A DNA stretch of 55,778 nt, filler included, from Catajapyx aquilonaris (taxonomy: Eukaryota), in NCBI GenBank assembly GCA_000934665.2. It is 4 parts of 4 records of this genome, joined end to end, with 100 filler letters (N's around TTAATTAATTAA, not from the genome) between each part and the next. Parts side by side here need not be neighbours in the genome. Positions count along the whole stretch, not along the records: positions 14,050 to 28,089 come from JYFJ02007999.1; positions 28,190 to 41,931 come from JYFJ02008000.1; 2 more parts are not named here. The stretch is one strand, 5' to 3'. A program made the position numbers and the translations under genes. The notes beneath the pieces are model-generated. The model did no database searches and had not been told where the DNA came from. It saw only the letters and a program-made list of their open reading frames with translations. This document shows positions 24,850-36,415 of this stretch, piece after piece. Position 1 is the first letter of the stretch, and every line of letters starts with the position of its first letter.

Positions 24850-25800
24850 CAGTAGCCTAGCATGTAGTAATACAGCAGTTATTTCCAGTAACAAAAAGTA
24901 ATAGCAGTTATTTCCAGTAACAAATAGTAATAGCCGTTATTTCCAGTAGCTACTGATATTAACAGTTGTTTGGTAGCTACTGAATTCGTAGTCATTTTAG
25001 CCTCTCATATTCATATGGCTACTGAATTGGTAGCTTTTTAGCTACTAATATTATCAGCATGGGAGCAGCAACAAAAATATATTAGTTTTCTTTAGCTATT
25101 AAAATCAACAGTTATTTTAGCAACAGAAGTTGGTACCTTATTTTAATAGCGCTACTAAACTAAGGTACCGACTTCGGTAGCTAAAATAACTACTGTACTA
25201 ATTTTAATAGCTAAATAATTGCTAACTTTAATAGCTGAAGAAAACTAATTCCAGTAGCTACTAATATGCTAATAATATTAGTAGCGAAAATAGCTACTGA
25301 TTTAGTAGCTACTGAATAAATGTTAATATTAATTTCTACTAAAATAAACCCTAAATTTAATAGAGCTGTTAAATTTAGGGTTTATTTTAGTAGCAATTGA
25401 CATTAATTCAGTAGCTACAAAATAGCATTTATTTTAGCTACTAACATTATTAGAATATTAGTAGCTACTAAAAGTAATTTTATTTAGCTGAAATAAAATT
25501 AGTTTTGATTTTACGATATACGATTTACGATTTTACGATTTTACGATATACGATTTTACTCGTATATAGCCTACTGAAGTTAGTAGCTTAGTACCTTATT
25601 ATTTTCGCAGCATGGACATTTAGCAGCTAGGCCCTACTAATATTATTAGTTATTTTAGCAGCTGCTAATATTCGTAGTTATTAGCAGCTGCTAAATTAGT
25701 AGTTATTGTCAGTGGAGAGTAGTAATACTCTCTATATAAGCTGTTATTTTCGGTTGCTAGTGATAATAGCTATTATTTTCAGTAGAAGTTAACAGAAATA
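24850..25800. repeat. AT-rich foldback-like region of tagctact/agtagc motifs, centred on a perfect 25-bp stem (25336-25360 with 25369-25393)
   Basis: Core ctactaaaataaaccctaaatttaa and its reverse complement; imperfect mirror symmetry continues outward. Confidence 0.7.
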
Positions 25801-28089
25801 GCCTGATAAAGCCTAACCTTCACGTAAGCCCCGAGACAACAAGCTAGTCTCCTATTCTTTTGTTGGATGGGTGGGGAGGGAAGGAGGGAGATCGATCCTC
25901 CCCACCTACAACTCCACCCCCCACCTAAACCCGTCATCGGAAAGGGTTTTTTTTTCCAACCCCTTTGACATGGGGGGTAGGGGGCCGTATATCGCTTCCT
26001 TTTTCCTTGATCTCCCATTTCCATTGCCCTTAGAGAGACAGGAAGAAATGGAGGAAAAATTGAGGACATCATTTCCTTTTCGATACACTTTGAGTTTGTG
26101 AGCAGGTCGAAAAGAACTCAAAAAGAGGGCAAAAATCGATGTCAAAAGTGCTGAAAGGAATGTTTCAATAAAGAATTTTTTGAGTCCGATTGTGTGAAAA
26201 AAATGGCTGTCAAAGTTATTAATTTTGGTGGGGGGTAGAAAGACTGACGCCATCTTGATTGATCCAAAAAATTCCGGAGGGGGTTTCTCTGGGATGCTTG
26301 GGGGCTTAATTGGGAAGCCCCGGAGAAATCCGGAGACGATTAGTTGGCGGTCCGGAAGAGAGAAAAATGTGACCTGAGCTAGCGAATTTCTTTTCAGGAA
26401 TTTTTGTCGCTATAATGTGCCAAAACGTGACGTCACATGTCATAAGACAGAAAAATATTTGAATAAAATTTTCATCTGCGCTGTTTACTAGGAATTGTAG
26501 TCAGTCGTGCGACGGCCTCGGTGGAGGCGACAACACCTAGCCTCGCCCCAAGTCCTCCGTGATTTTTCAACAAACTTAGCGCAATTTGCTTGCCCAACGC
26601 TGTAAATTAGTCAACCCTGCACTAATCCCATTTCGTGACGTCACACTCAATTACCTAACTACTGCATAATCCTAGCCTGCATTTGACGGATGCAAAGAGT
26701 GGACTAATATCCAAATAAGCAGGCGCTTTAAGAGCTGGCTTCACTATCCCTAATGGCCCTTTTATGGGCCTCCTTCTGCGACGCTGCCGCCCTCTTGCCA
26801 ACACTTTCGCTACACGTCATCAAATTCGGCCATTCCCAGCCCACACTACAACTACCCCCAGCACCTACTAGAGAGACTAGCTCTTCTTGGATTGATTGCA
26901 TGGAGTTGGAGATAGAAGGACTGGATCACGGAAAGGATTGTTATGAGACGCTTACACACTAGGGGGCACTTGCCAGCTGATAACTGATGGTTACGCTGCG
27001 TTTAGAGTGTGGTGCATTGCCTCCAGCCAATGAAATGCAGACTAATGACGTGGATGCAAAATGGCGGCCGGATGGGGTGTCCTGTATGGGTTTGGGCAAA
27101 TATCTGGGATAAATGGCCTTCAAACTTTTAAATATCAAGACCGTCATGTATAATAGAATATAAAAATGTAATTAAAATAATAATAGTAAGAAAATATTTA
27201 AGGAATAAATTATTATAGTTGAATAAAAATAAATCAACACACAAAAAGTAAAATAAGTAATTTATTTTTTACTTTTTACATTTAATTTTATTTATTCGAT
27301 TGTGTTTATTTATTTAAATGTAATAAAATAGAAAAATGGATAATAGAATTAAAGAAAATAAATAAATAAATAAATAAATAAATAACAAAATTAATTAATA
27401 CACAAAATAAATAACCAATAAAATACAGTAAATAACTTACTAATAAAATACAGCAATAACCACTAAATTAATAAATTCTATGAAAATGAAGTAATACATA
27501 CATAAAATAATAAAACTAAATATGTAATGAATAAGTAAATAAATATATGCAAGTATACAGGTGGGTAGGTAGAGAGAGAGAGTGAGAGAGAGTGAGAGAG
27601 AGTGAGAGAGAGAGAATAATTATTAATAAAAATCCCCATTTCCCTTTCTCCACTGCATGGTGTTAGAAGAAAATTTCCGAAAAATTGACATGGAAAAATG
27701 GTGGTATTCCACCCCCCCCCCCCCCGAAAAGAGCGCTGATATTCTCCCAATGGGATAAGTAAAATAAAAAAACAATAAAAATTATTATTATTAATAATAA
27801 CATAATAAATAAATAATAAATAATAAGTTAAATTAACAGTCACATTATATGCAAGAAAATTTCTCCTAAACCCTATAACTCATTACTGTTATTAATTATT
27901 ACTAAATAATATTAATAGTTCCACAAAGAGTCTGTCTTTTCTCATGAGATGACCACTCACTGTCCACTATATTTTCCAGGCCAAAATTTCACGTACAGTT
28001 CCCCTCGAAAAAGTCACGCCCCGATTCCCCCGGCTTATAACCAACCCTCAATATTAAGTCCACATTTGCACTACCCTAGAAACAGAGAG

Positions 28090-28189
28090 NNNNNNNNNNN
28101 NNNNNNNNNNNNNNNNNNNNNNNNNNNNNNNNNTTAATTAATTAANNNNNNNNNNNNNNNNNNNNNNNNNNNNNNNNNNNNNNNNNNNN
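28090..28189. other. Artificial contig-join spacer
   Basis: 44 N + TTAATTAATTAA + 44 N. Confidence 0.97.
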
Positions 28190-28988
28190 CGCCGGACGGG
28201 GTTGCCAGGTAACGGGCTACAATATAAGCAGCTTAGGCCGAATTTGTCAATAACTAAAACGACAAAAAAGTTTGATCACCCTGTATTTAAAGGCCTGAAG
28301 CAGCTAGAAAATTACACTTCACCTTAGCCTGGTTGGAGTTCCCTGGAGTATAATGGCCCCCTTGGTTGGTCTTATTTTATCATGGCATGTTGCTATTTGT
28401 TTGGTACTTGCCCAAACCCAGAATAATTCTCTCACCCTGAAAATGCAACCAGTCGAGATATGTAAAAGATGAAAAGGACAAATAAATGCACCTATGTGAG
28501 GTGTTGGGAAGTTGACTTTGTACAGAAGGCACTTACCCCCTACAATTGCACTGTAACCGCTCCTCTTGTATGCTTAAGCATCCAAGTTAATTGGGATGTA
28601 TGTAGGCAACTTCCCATTTATGCCTTCTTTATGCACATTAATTGTCCTTTTACTCTTTATCATATCTCCACTGGTCACATTTTCAGAAGTAGATTATTCT
28701 GGGTTTGGGCTAGTAATATAAAATTATTTTTGTTTTTTAAGGCGGTGCAGTAGCAAAAATATGGTAAGCTCATTTCGTAGAGAACTTTTTTTTTTGTTTG
28801 TTTTTTGATGTTGTTTTTTTTTGCCGCGAAACGTGCCGTTAATCTGAAAAAAAATCACGAATAAGGTGCCCTGTGCAAAGGTTTGGCCTTTAGAATGGTA
28901 TACTCGATATGATTGCATTGAAATTGTGGACATATGGGCGCAGAAGCGTGCCCGATTTTGTCGCGTTTCCTGCCACCATGTTATTCAA

Positions 28989-31900
28989 ATGGGCTCTTCA
29001 GGAACTCCATTTTTCTCTCACTTCAACTCGATGAAAAGGTCATTTATAGGCCGAAAATGGAAAAAAGACAAATAAGGTGCCCTGCGCCAGATCACCTACT
29101 ATTTTTTGGTGCAAATTTTGTGTCGATTGCACCATTTTTGCAGCCGTACGGCCGCAGAAGCGTAGACATGTTGAATCACCATGTGCTGCTGATGCATCTA
29201 AGCGAGTTTGTTTAGGTCGTTGCCAAGGCTCGCATTGTTACCGTATTCTGTGCTTTCATTTCTAGAACCATTTGAGGCCATCAGAGACAGATGTAACACT
29301 GTGTGGAAGGAGCTTACGGAGAGAACGAGGATGAGTTACAACGAGAAGTCGAAGGAGCTTTATAGAAAAGAAACAGGAGGTAAATGCACCAGTGCTGGAG
29401 TTCCCCTGGCTCAGGTGCATGAGGAGGTTCAAGAAGTAACAGATCGGGAGCGTCTTATGGTGGATAACATTAAACACTCAGTGTACTGTGGGGTGAGTAT
29501 TTACTTAATAATATAGCATAAGATAGCAATAACAATTTTTAATACTAATATTGGCCAATACCAATGGGGGATAATGGTCAGGCCGCAGTGATTTAGTCAG
29601 TATGGTGGCATAGGGCTTGTTGTACTTAATAAGAGAAAAATTGCAATTATGTAGCTTTTTGTTTGATTGTTTGATTGATTGCGAAGGGAGGATGTGGAGT
29701 AGCGCAGCTGTAAAGCTCGCAGCCATGTATAGAAAGGTCCCAGGTTCAATCCCAAGCCGGCTTTTCCTTTCTCACCTTGTACAGAGTTTCATTGTCTCTG
29801 GCTTCGCTTCGGATGAATCTATGCTAGACTAACCATGCAGGGGACTGCACAAAGCAACATTGCACTTGAACCTGCACATTTCCCCTCCCTGAAAATCTCC
29901 CCTAGCTTGCTGTATCTGAGGATTGTGGAAAAGGACCAACAGGCTTAAGAGGGCCGGGACATTACGTTTCCCCCCACTTTCTGGGCGGCAGCGAGCCAAA
30001 ATCGGGTGCACTGACTTGTCTTCGTTCGACGAATCCTGGGGCGATGTTGGAGATACGGACACACGGTTTTTTGAATTGTCCGTATCTCTAAAGGCCATTT
30101 CACAAAAAGATTTTGCGGCAGCGTCAAGCAGCAAACGCGTCACAGTGCAGTTCACATAAAATTTTTGCCGCGTGTCGGAGTTTGTCGCGCGACAAATACG
30201 CCGCACTGCAAGAACTGGCCAGCCAGAATCTGTCGCGCGTTGAATATGACGCAGCCAATAGGGAGTCGTGGTTGTCGATCACGTGACTGCGTGTCTTTTG
30301 TTTCCCAGACTTGTCGCTAGTCGTCAGTTGTGTCGCAGCTCTTTTTGTGTTTGCACACGCTGCAAACCGAGGCGATGCGACAAATGTGCCCTGCGACAAA
30401 TATGCCGCAACGTGCGCCGTTTGCTGCGCGATTTTTTTCTGCGAAATGGCCTTAACAGCGCGCCAAGAATTGTCGAACGAAGACGAGTCAATGCACCCGA
30501 TTTTGGCTCGCTGCCGCCCAGAAAGTGGCGGGAAACGTAATGACCCGGCCCTCTTAACAACAGAAAAGCAAATAAAGGTACCATGCTAAATGCTCATGAT
30601 GTCACATCTGCCTTGAGGCCCGATTGCGTCATCATACATGTTGTGGCTGTTGCCATTGGTACTGATTATTGTTGCGAATATTGTCAACTGTGATTGTTGA
30701 GAAATAAACAACGATTTCAGTCTGGCAACTTGTATCTTATGGCCAGTCAACACCTCAATTGCCAGACTGAAATAGTTGTTTATTTCTCAACAATCACAGT
30801 TGATAATATTCGCAACAATAATCAGTGCCAATGGCAACAGCCACAACAAATGTATGATGATGCAATGGGGCCTCAAGGTGGATGTGACGTCATGAAACTT
30901 CCGAAATCTTGAAGGCGTCGTACGCAAAAACTATGCCAGTTAGCCCAAAACTACTTCCGCATCCCTATATTAGTTTTGCGAGTCCTACCAGTCTACGTGG
31001 CCACTTTCCGCGACTTTTTGAGCACCCTGTATAAATGAAGAGAAAAAAGACGCCAGGAAATATCGATGTTCCTTTCATCTGACGCCTACCCCAAAAAGAC
31101 AGTAGTTGAAAACTACAAATATAGCTCGGTAATGGCGCTTGGAGTGCACTGTTTATTTGAGTGTATTTACTCCCAATAGACACCTGTTCCACTGATGGTC
31201 TAAATGCCCTGATAACATAGCTGCCTGATGAATTCTCCAACAGCAACTGCTGCAATTTTATGGCATGTGTATCTCATGGTAGTTCTTTTGGGAGTAAATA
31301 CAGTGGAATAAATCAGGGATTCCTGTCTGTTATTTGAATTTTTCTTCTTCCAACTTCCTTCCTCAATCCCATGTCACACCATGCCTGCTCCCATACAGCA
31401 GTTGGACCCAGTCAAGTATGTGCAAGGGCCCCTTTCGGAATATCTTCTGGCCTGTCAGTCTGGTACAAAAAATTTTTTAGAATGATTGGTAGATGAGACA
31501 AGTCCTAATTTTTCACACACCTGTACTTGTTAGTTTTAACCCTGTCGGTATGCCGATGCAGGGCTCATTTTCCTCTGAGTGGCCCCTGTATTAATGCATG
31601 GCCTCTTACAAACATACTCACTTCTGCCTTGAAATTACAGGCACACTATGCAAAGGAATGTGCAGGGGCGGCACATAACATTGATTTGCCAGTGGTTTTT
31701 GAAGTGAAGTGTTTCCACAGGATTGTGATTTTAAATTTTTATATTAATTTTTTGTTGCAGGACGTGATGACAAAAAAGTTTGTTATTTGTCACATGAATA
31801 AATTTTGTAAGATGGACGACCTGCTTGTTGTACCAGCCGAAGTTGGCCTAGTTGTCTTCACCCTTGAGGAAGGAATAGTGGATTTCTACCACGATTTTGT

Positions 31901-34900
31901 TGGGATAAACAAGATCCCAATAGGCTTTGCCCACGATGCAAGGGAGGCCTCAGAGAAGGTGCATGGGATTCCTTCGCCTCCATTTTATGATGCCAACAGG
32001 GATATTGAAGGAATATTGTCCAACATTTGGCGTCATGTGGCAGTGGTAAGTCACTTTTTTATACCTTTCATTTACCTACCGGATGACATTTTGCTTGCAT
32101 CCATATTCGCCTGTAGTCGTAACTGCTCTAAGTGAACTTTTCTTTCGCTCCAACACCTTTGTCCCATGGAATATGGTCTTTGTTTGCATCTGGACAACGT
32201 GAGATTTGGTTGTTCTCGTGCAGATTTTGGGAAATGAAGCAATAACTTTGATTTGACATTTTGCCACTTGGTGGCCAGAACTGGGGCACCTAGAAACAAA
32301 TCACGGTGGCTGTAGGCAGTGACATGGTCAAAATACTTGGATGTCCCATCTCCACCGAGAAACTTCATTGCCATGATCCTTCAACTGCTACTCTGGGTCA
32401 TTGGACAATGTTGTTAATGGAATTATTAATTAGTTATTTTGTAATCCCATCCTTGTCAACATGACCATGCAAGGCTAAGGCTATCCAACAAGTTCACACA
32501 GTAAGAACCCTGATGATTCCGCTTCACTTTTTTTCTTCGCTGGGAGGGAGACGCCAAGGGGGGATTGCCAGGCGAGGTCTGAAAGGGCGGTCAGCACAAG
32601 ACTAGGTTCACACTGAGTACAGTAGGTGCGATCTAGTGTCTGTTGTTTAGTAGCACTGAAATTGTTAGTTAACAGGTTGTAAGGGATTCGAACCTGGGAC
32701 TTGCAGTTCTGAGACTTGCTTAATACCAATGACTATGCCAGGCACAACTCTGGGCTGTTTGCTAAGTGGACGTCGCAGAATATTCTTGACCATAAAAATG
32801 TAGAAGAGACTGAAAAGGGGCTACACCAACTGCACTACCTTCATTTGGTGAAGGTTTGAGTCAATTTTTGTCACACTTCAGAAGGTATCAGTCCCTTATG
32901 GATAGACATCATCATGAAGAACTAATTTGGTAAATATGCAGAGTAGCTGACCAACAAAAACAGAAAATGTTATGTTTATGCTTACTAGACGCTTGCTTGA
33001 TGCTGACAGGAGTACACCACAACCATAATGTGGGTAGAAGGAGCTAACCAGAAGGGGTATGTGCAGTGCTGGAATTACCCCCTCGGCCGTCCCTAGGCAG
33101 TTGAGATCCCCCGCCATGCCGCTTAGATTTTCAATTTTTTTTGTCGAGTTCTCTCCTTCATTTCATTAATTTTATACAAAATTTTCTATTTTCAACTCTT
33201 TCAACTTAAGGCCATCCCTAGGCTTTCTGCCTAGTGGCAAATCCAGCACCAGGAACCCCTCGGCAAAATTTGTGAAATTATTAAATGATTTCGCCTTTAT
33301 TTCCTATTATTGTATAGCCTATTTGAAAAATATTTATTGCAACTTGGCACTTGCGGCCGCCCATTCTGCCAATGGTAAATCCGGCGCTGCTTCCAGTCGC
33401 GTAATTATTTATTATTAATTTTTCGTTTACTTTTTTTTGTATCCCTAAATTTGCCGCCCCTTGAAATCTGCCGCCCTAGGCAACTGCCTAGGTTGCCTGG
33501 CCGTAAATCCGGCGCTGGGTATGTGAGGGTGGTTTAGCAATATTGCCTCTCACTTTGGAAACCACAACAGTTGCACCAGGTCCCAGGTCACCGAGCCTCT
33601 TATATTTGTGTTTTGTGACTCACTGATGTGACATCACCTGTCATAACCGAGTTAACCTGCCCAGGTCACTTCACCGGGCAAGTGAACCTAGTTTGGACAG
33701 ATGCTGTGCAGAACTGTAGATGCACTCAAGTGAATCAATCCGTTATGGAATAGTTCCACAACTGGTTGGGTTTTGAGGGTGCCATACACACATCAATATC
33801 CCCTATGAGTTAAGAGTGTACTTGGATCACTTCTGCCTGTAAACGTGGAAAATGCTTTGCTTATGAATGAATGTGCTTCCAGAATGTTGAGCATCATGTA
33901 AAATGGTGTGAGTTAATGATGTTCTTATAATTGAATTTCAGGGAGGAGAAGTTACACCCATCTTCGTCGAGAATGATGAGATGTCCAATGTGGATGGTGC
34001 ACTGAAGTACCTGGCCAAATTAGCACCAGGGTTTGCCTATACCTTCAAGGTCTATGATCTGGATATACTCAGGGAGCATTTATACCAACAAACTGCACCA
34101 GAAAAAGACCGCCACTTATATGAGAACGGTCTAATGCATGACAAAAACAAATGCAAATTTCTCTACCAGTCGGAGACACGCTGCAAGGTATGTGAAATCT
34201 GTACATCAGGAATTCCATGCTAGTTGAATATAATTTGCTATCTTGTAGTTTCATTGCAATTATAATTATATATGGGCAGTTATGCTAGTTATTTGACAGA
34301 CCTCCACATAATTTGCTATGTTGAGGTTAATATACAGGGTGTATCAGAGTCACGGGTCAAGCGCGCGCGACGGGGTGGGGAAAAATCGTAGGTGGCGACA
34401 ACCCCGGTCGGTTTTATAAAACAATTAGAAATACGGCAATAATCAATTTATTTATTATGGCCGTACGGAGTGACATCACGTCCTTTCTGTTCGAATTGAG
34501 CCTGGCGCGCACTGGCATGCAAGGCAAGAGTGCAGTGGTTTGAACCTGGTTGAACTGCTTTTAAGCCTTGCGGGTTGCACTGAAAAAGGCGCTCTCATGC
34601 TACATCTGCAGAGTACTGAACACACTCTGTTCAGTACTCTTCGCAAAGCTACTGTATGTAGCCCCTAAAGCATGAGGCAGAGAATTTGTTAAAATCTTTT
34701 GCTTGAAACATGGCATCTTATTATTCTTGCAGTCGGAATTGGCATTAGCATTGGAATTAGCGCCAGTCACTTGAAGGCTGTATTTCTAGCCCAGTAGCTT
34801 ATACCTTTTAGCCACTTCATGGAATTACATCTGCGAATGGACCTGGTGAGGCTCATTCCCCACTTTTCTCATTCTAACCTCCCAGTTGGGCTCCCCTTGA

Positions 34901-36415
34901 TTGACTCATGCAGTCTTTTGTTATGTTAATGCTCCTATAAAGTGGCAGTGAGTGGGGGAATATCATGATGAAATTATAATGAAGGTGAATACATGTCAAG
35001 AAGTGCAATAATGGCTCATATCACTTCCTGGAAGTGAAGCATGCAGGGTTTACATTCATGTTTTTTTGTTTTTTTTCCCCAGTGGCACAATGAAAATCAT
35101 ACAGAGAGGGTGACCCACTGCTCCTTGGAGGAAGCATATCGACAGGCCTATTTGATTACAGATGTTACATGTGGGCATTTGGACATACCACCAATACCTG
35201 GTAAACACGTACCATACAATGCAGTGGTTTCACAGAATGCAGCTCAATCAGGCAGAAAGGGTGCTGAAGATGAAGTTAAGCCAGGAGCAGCAAAGGGTAA
35301 TGGGTTCCGTCCAAGTTCCAACCGTGGAAGCGCTGGTGGAGGGCGTATGCCACGTCCAGCTAATTTCGGAAGAGTCCCTGATGTTGGTGTTAGCGAGGTA
35401 TGTCAAATGTTTATACAGCTGTTTCAGTGTAAAAGCTGGTTATTATGAATTCAAGCCCTGAATTGTGATGAATTAAAAGCATAAGGCCGCATTTACATGT
35501 GAGCGATTCGCTCAGTGATTAAACCAATATATTGTTTGGGGGTGAAAATTGATTGTTACTTTTGGCCCAAACAACATTGGTTTCATCACCAAGAGAATCG
35601 CTCACATGTAAATGCGGCCTAAGACTTTGCAAGTGACCTCTTTTGGCCTACTGGCACTAGTAGACAATAGATGGGCGCATTTTTTGATAAGCCCTCATAC
35701 TTCTTGGCATTACTTTGTAGGATCTGCCGAGTATGCTAAGTTCAACCTGCTCTAGTGCCACTGGGACTCAGCAACTGCAAGGGCAACGTTTATTGCAGCA
35801 GGATCAAAATTCATAATTATAACATCTTGATTTTGGCCCCCATGCTTATTTTTCTCCCTTGTCCTCTCTCCCTCAACAATTTTTTAATGCGAGTCTGCAT
35901 GTTGCCGAAGACTCCTGCAGATGTGGATACTGTCTTGGAAGGAGTGAAACACTTGCTTGGTGTGAGGGCATCACAAGGCCCAATTCGTTTTGGGGTATGA
36001 TGGTTTTTTTTTGTTTTTGTTTTTCTCGCGGAGTTTGTTGAAGGGCTGTGTATTCAAAAATAACCCTCGAACAATTTATGCTCTCAAAGACGCCTTCCGG
36101 CGTGCGGCGGGCAGGAGACTGATTCCCCTCCCCGCCGCCACATCTGCAGGAGTCTTTGGCAGCGTGCAGACTCGCATTAAAAAATTCTTGGATGCTGGAG
36201 GGGACCACTTAATGCATTGTGTTGTGTATTGTCAGACATCATTATGGGGCTAGGCTTGGACATGCATTTAATTGACCCATTTGTTTTGGTGTCTCATTTA
36301 GATCTCAACTTTGCTCCGTGGGGTCCACTTGGGTGCACGTGGGACTCATTCTACCGAGACAGACCAAATGAGAGGGAAGTACGAAGCGGCAGGATACGAC
36401 CACTACGGGGAGTAG
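28989..36415 (+). CDS. mael: Maelstrom (HMG-box-like + MAEL domain; piRNA pathway); model join(28989-29038 uncertain, 29216 or 29266-29492, 31761-32045, 33942-34187, 35083-35397, 36302-36415)
   Basis: The spliced translation shows an HMG-like segment CNTVWKELTERTRMSYNEKSK, then KCTSAGVPL, and MAEL-domain motifs HMNKFCK, VPAEVGLVVFTLEEGIVDFYHDF, IPIGFAHDAREASEKVHGIP, RCK|WH, HCSL and ITDVTCGHLDIPPIPGKHVP (Glu-Cys-His-Cys zinc ligands present). Internal introns are GT-AG, phase 0. First exon and terminal exon are less certain. Confidence 0.88.
29686..29830 (+). mobile_element. Degenerate tRNA-derived SINE fragment
   Basis: A-box-like tagcgcagctg and B-box-like ggttcaatccc; no intact cloverleaf. 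Confidence 0.5.
29949..30553. mobile_element. TTAA-flanked MITE with ~100-bp TIRs (Kolobok-like purine start), containing a nested element
   Basis: TTAA|gagggccggg...cccggccctc|TTAA with long matching arms. Confidence 0.8.
30092..30452. mobile_element. PIF/Harbinger-type MITE nested in the previous element
   Basis: TAA|aggccatttc...gaaatggcct|TAA, a 3-bp TAA duplication. Confidence 0.75.
30594..30895. repeat. ~300-bp near-perfect palindrome in mael intron
   Basis: Arms of ~140 bp (tcatgatgtcacatc...cagtctggcaa and ttgccagactg...gatgtgacgtcatga) around a short loop. Confidence 0.9.
32500..32741 (-). mobile_element. tRNA-derived SINE
   Basis: The minus strand reads tggcatagtcattgg (A-box-like) ... 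ggttcgaatccc (B-box); 3' boundary approximate. Confidence 0.55.
33090..33517. mobile_element. hAT-like MITE remnants
   Basis: Repeated terminal motif gtaaatccggcgctg and palindromic ctaggcaactgcctag. Confidence 0.45.
35485..35619. mobile_element. PIF/Harbinger-type MITE (a related degenerate copy lies at ~38417-38565)
   Basis: TAA|ggccgcatttacatgtgagcgattc...gaatcgctcacatgtaaatgcggcc|TAA. Confidence 0.8.
35865..36220 (+). pseudogene. Tc1/mariner transposase C-terminal remnant with an inverted partial copy
   Basis: LKGCVFKNNPRTIYALKDAF...RIKKFLDAGGDHLMH resembles the Tc1/mariner C-terminus; 35878-35926 mirrors 36137-36185. Confidence 0.6.

Noticed and set aside
32072..32374. 100-aa antisense ORF in a mael intron
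   Set aside because: No recognisable motif or partner exons.
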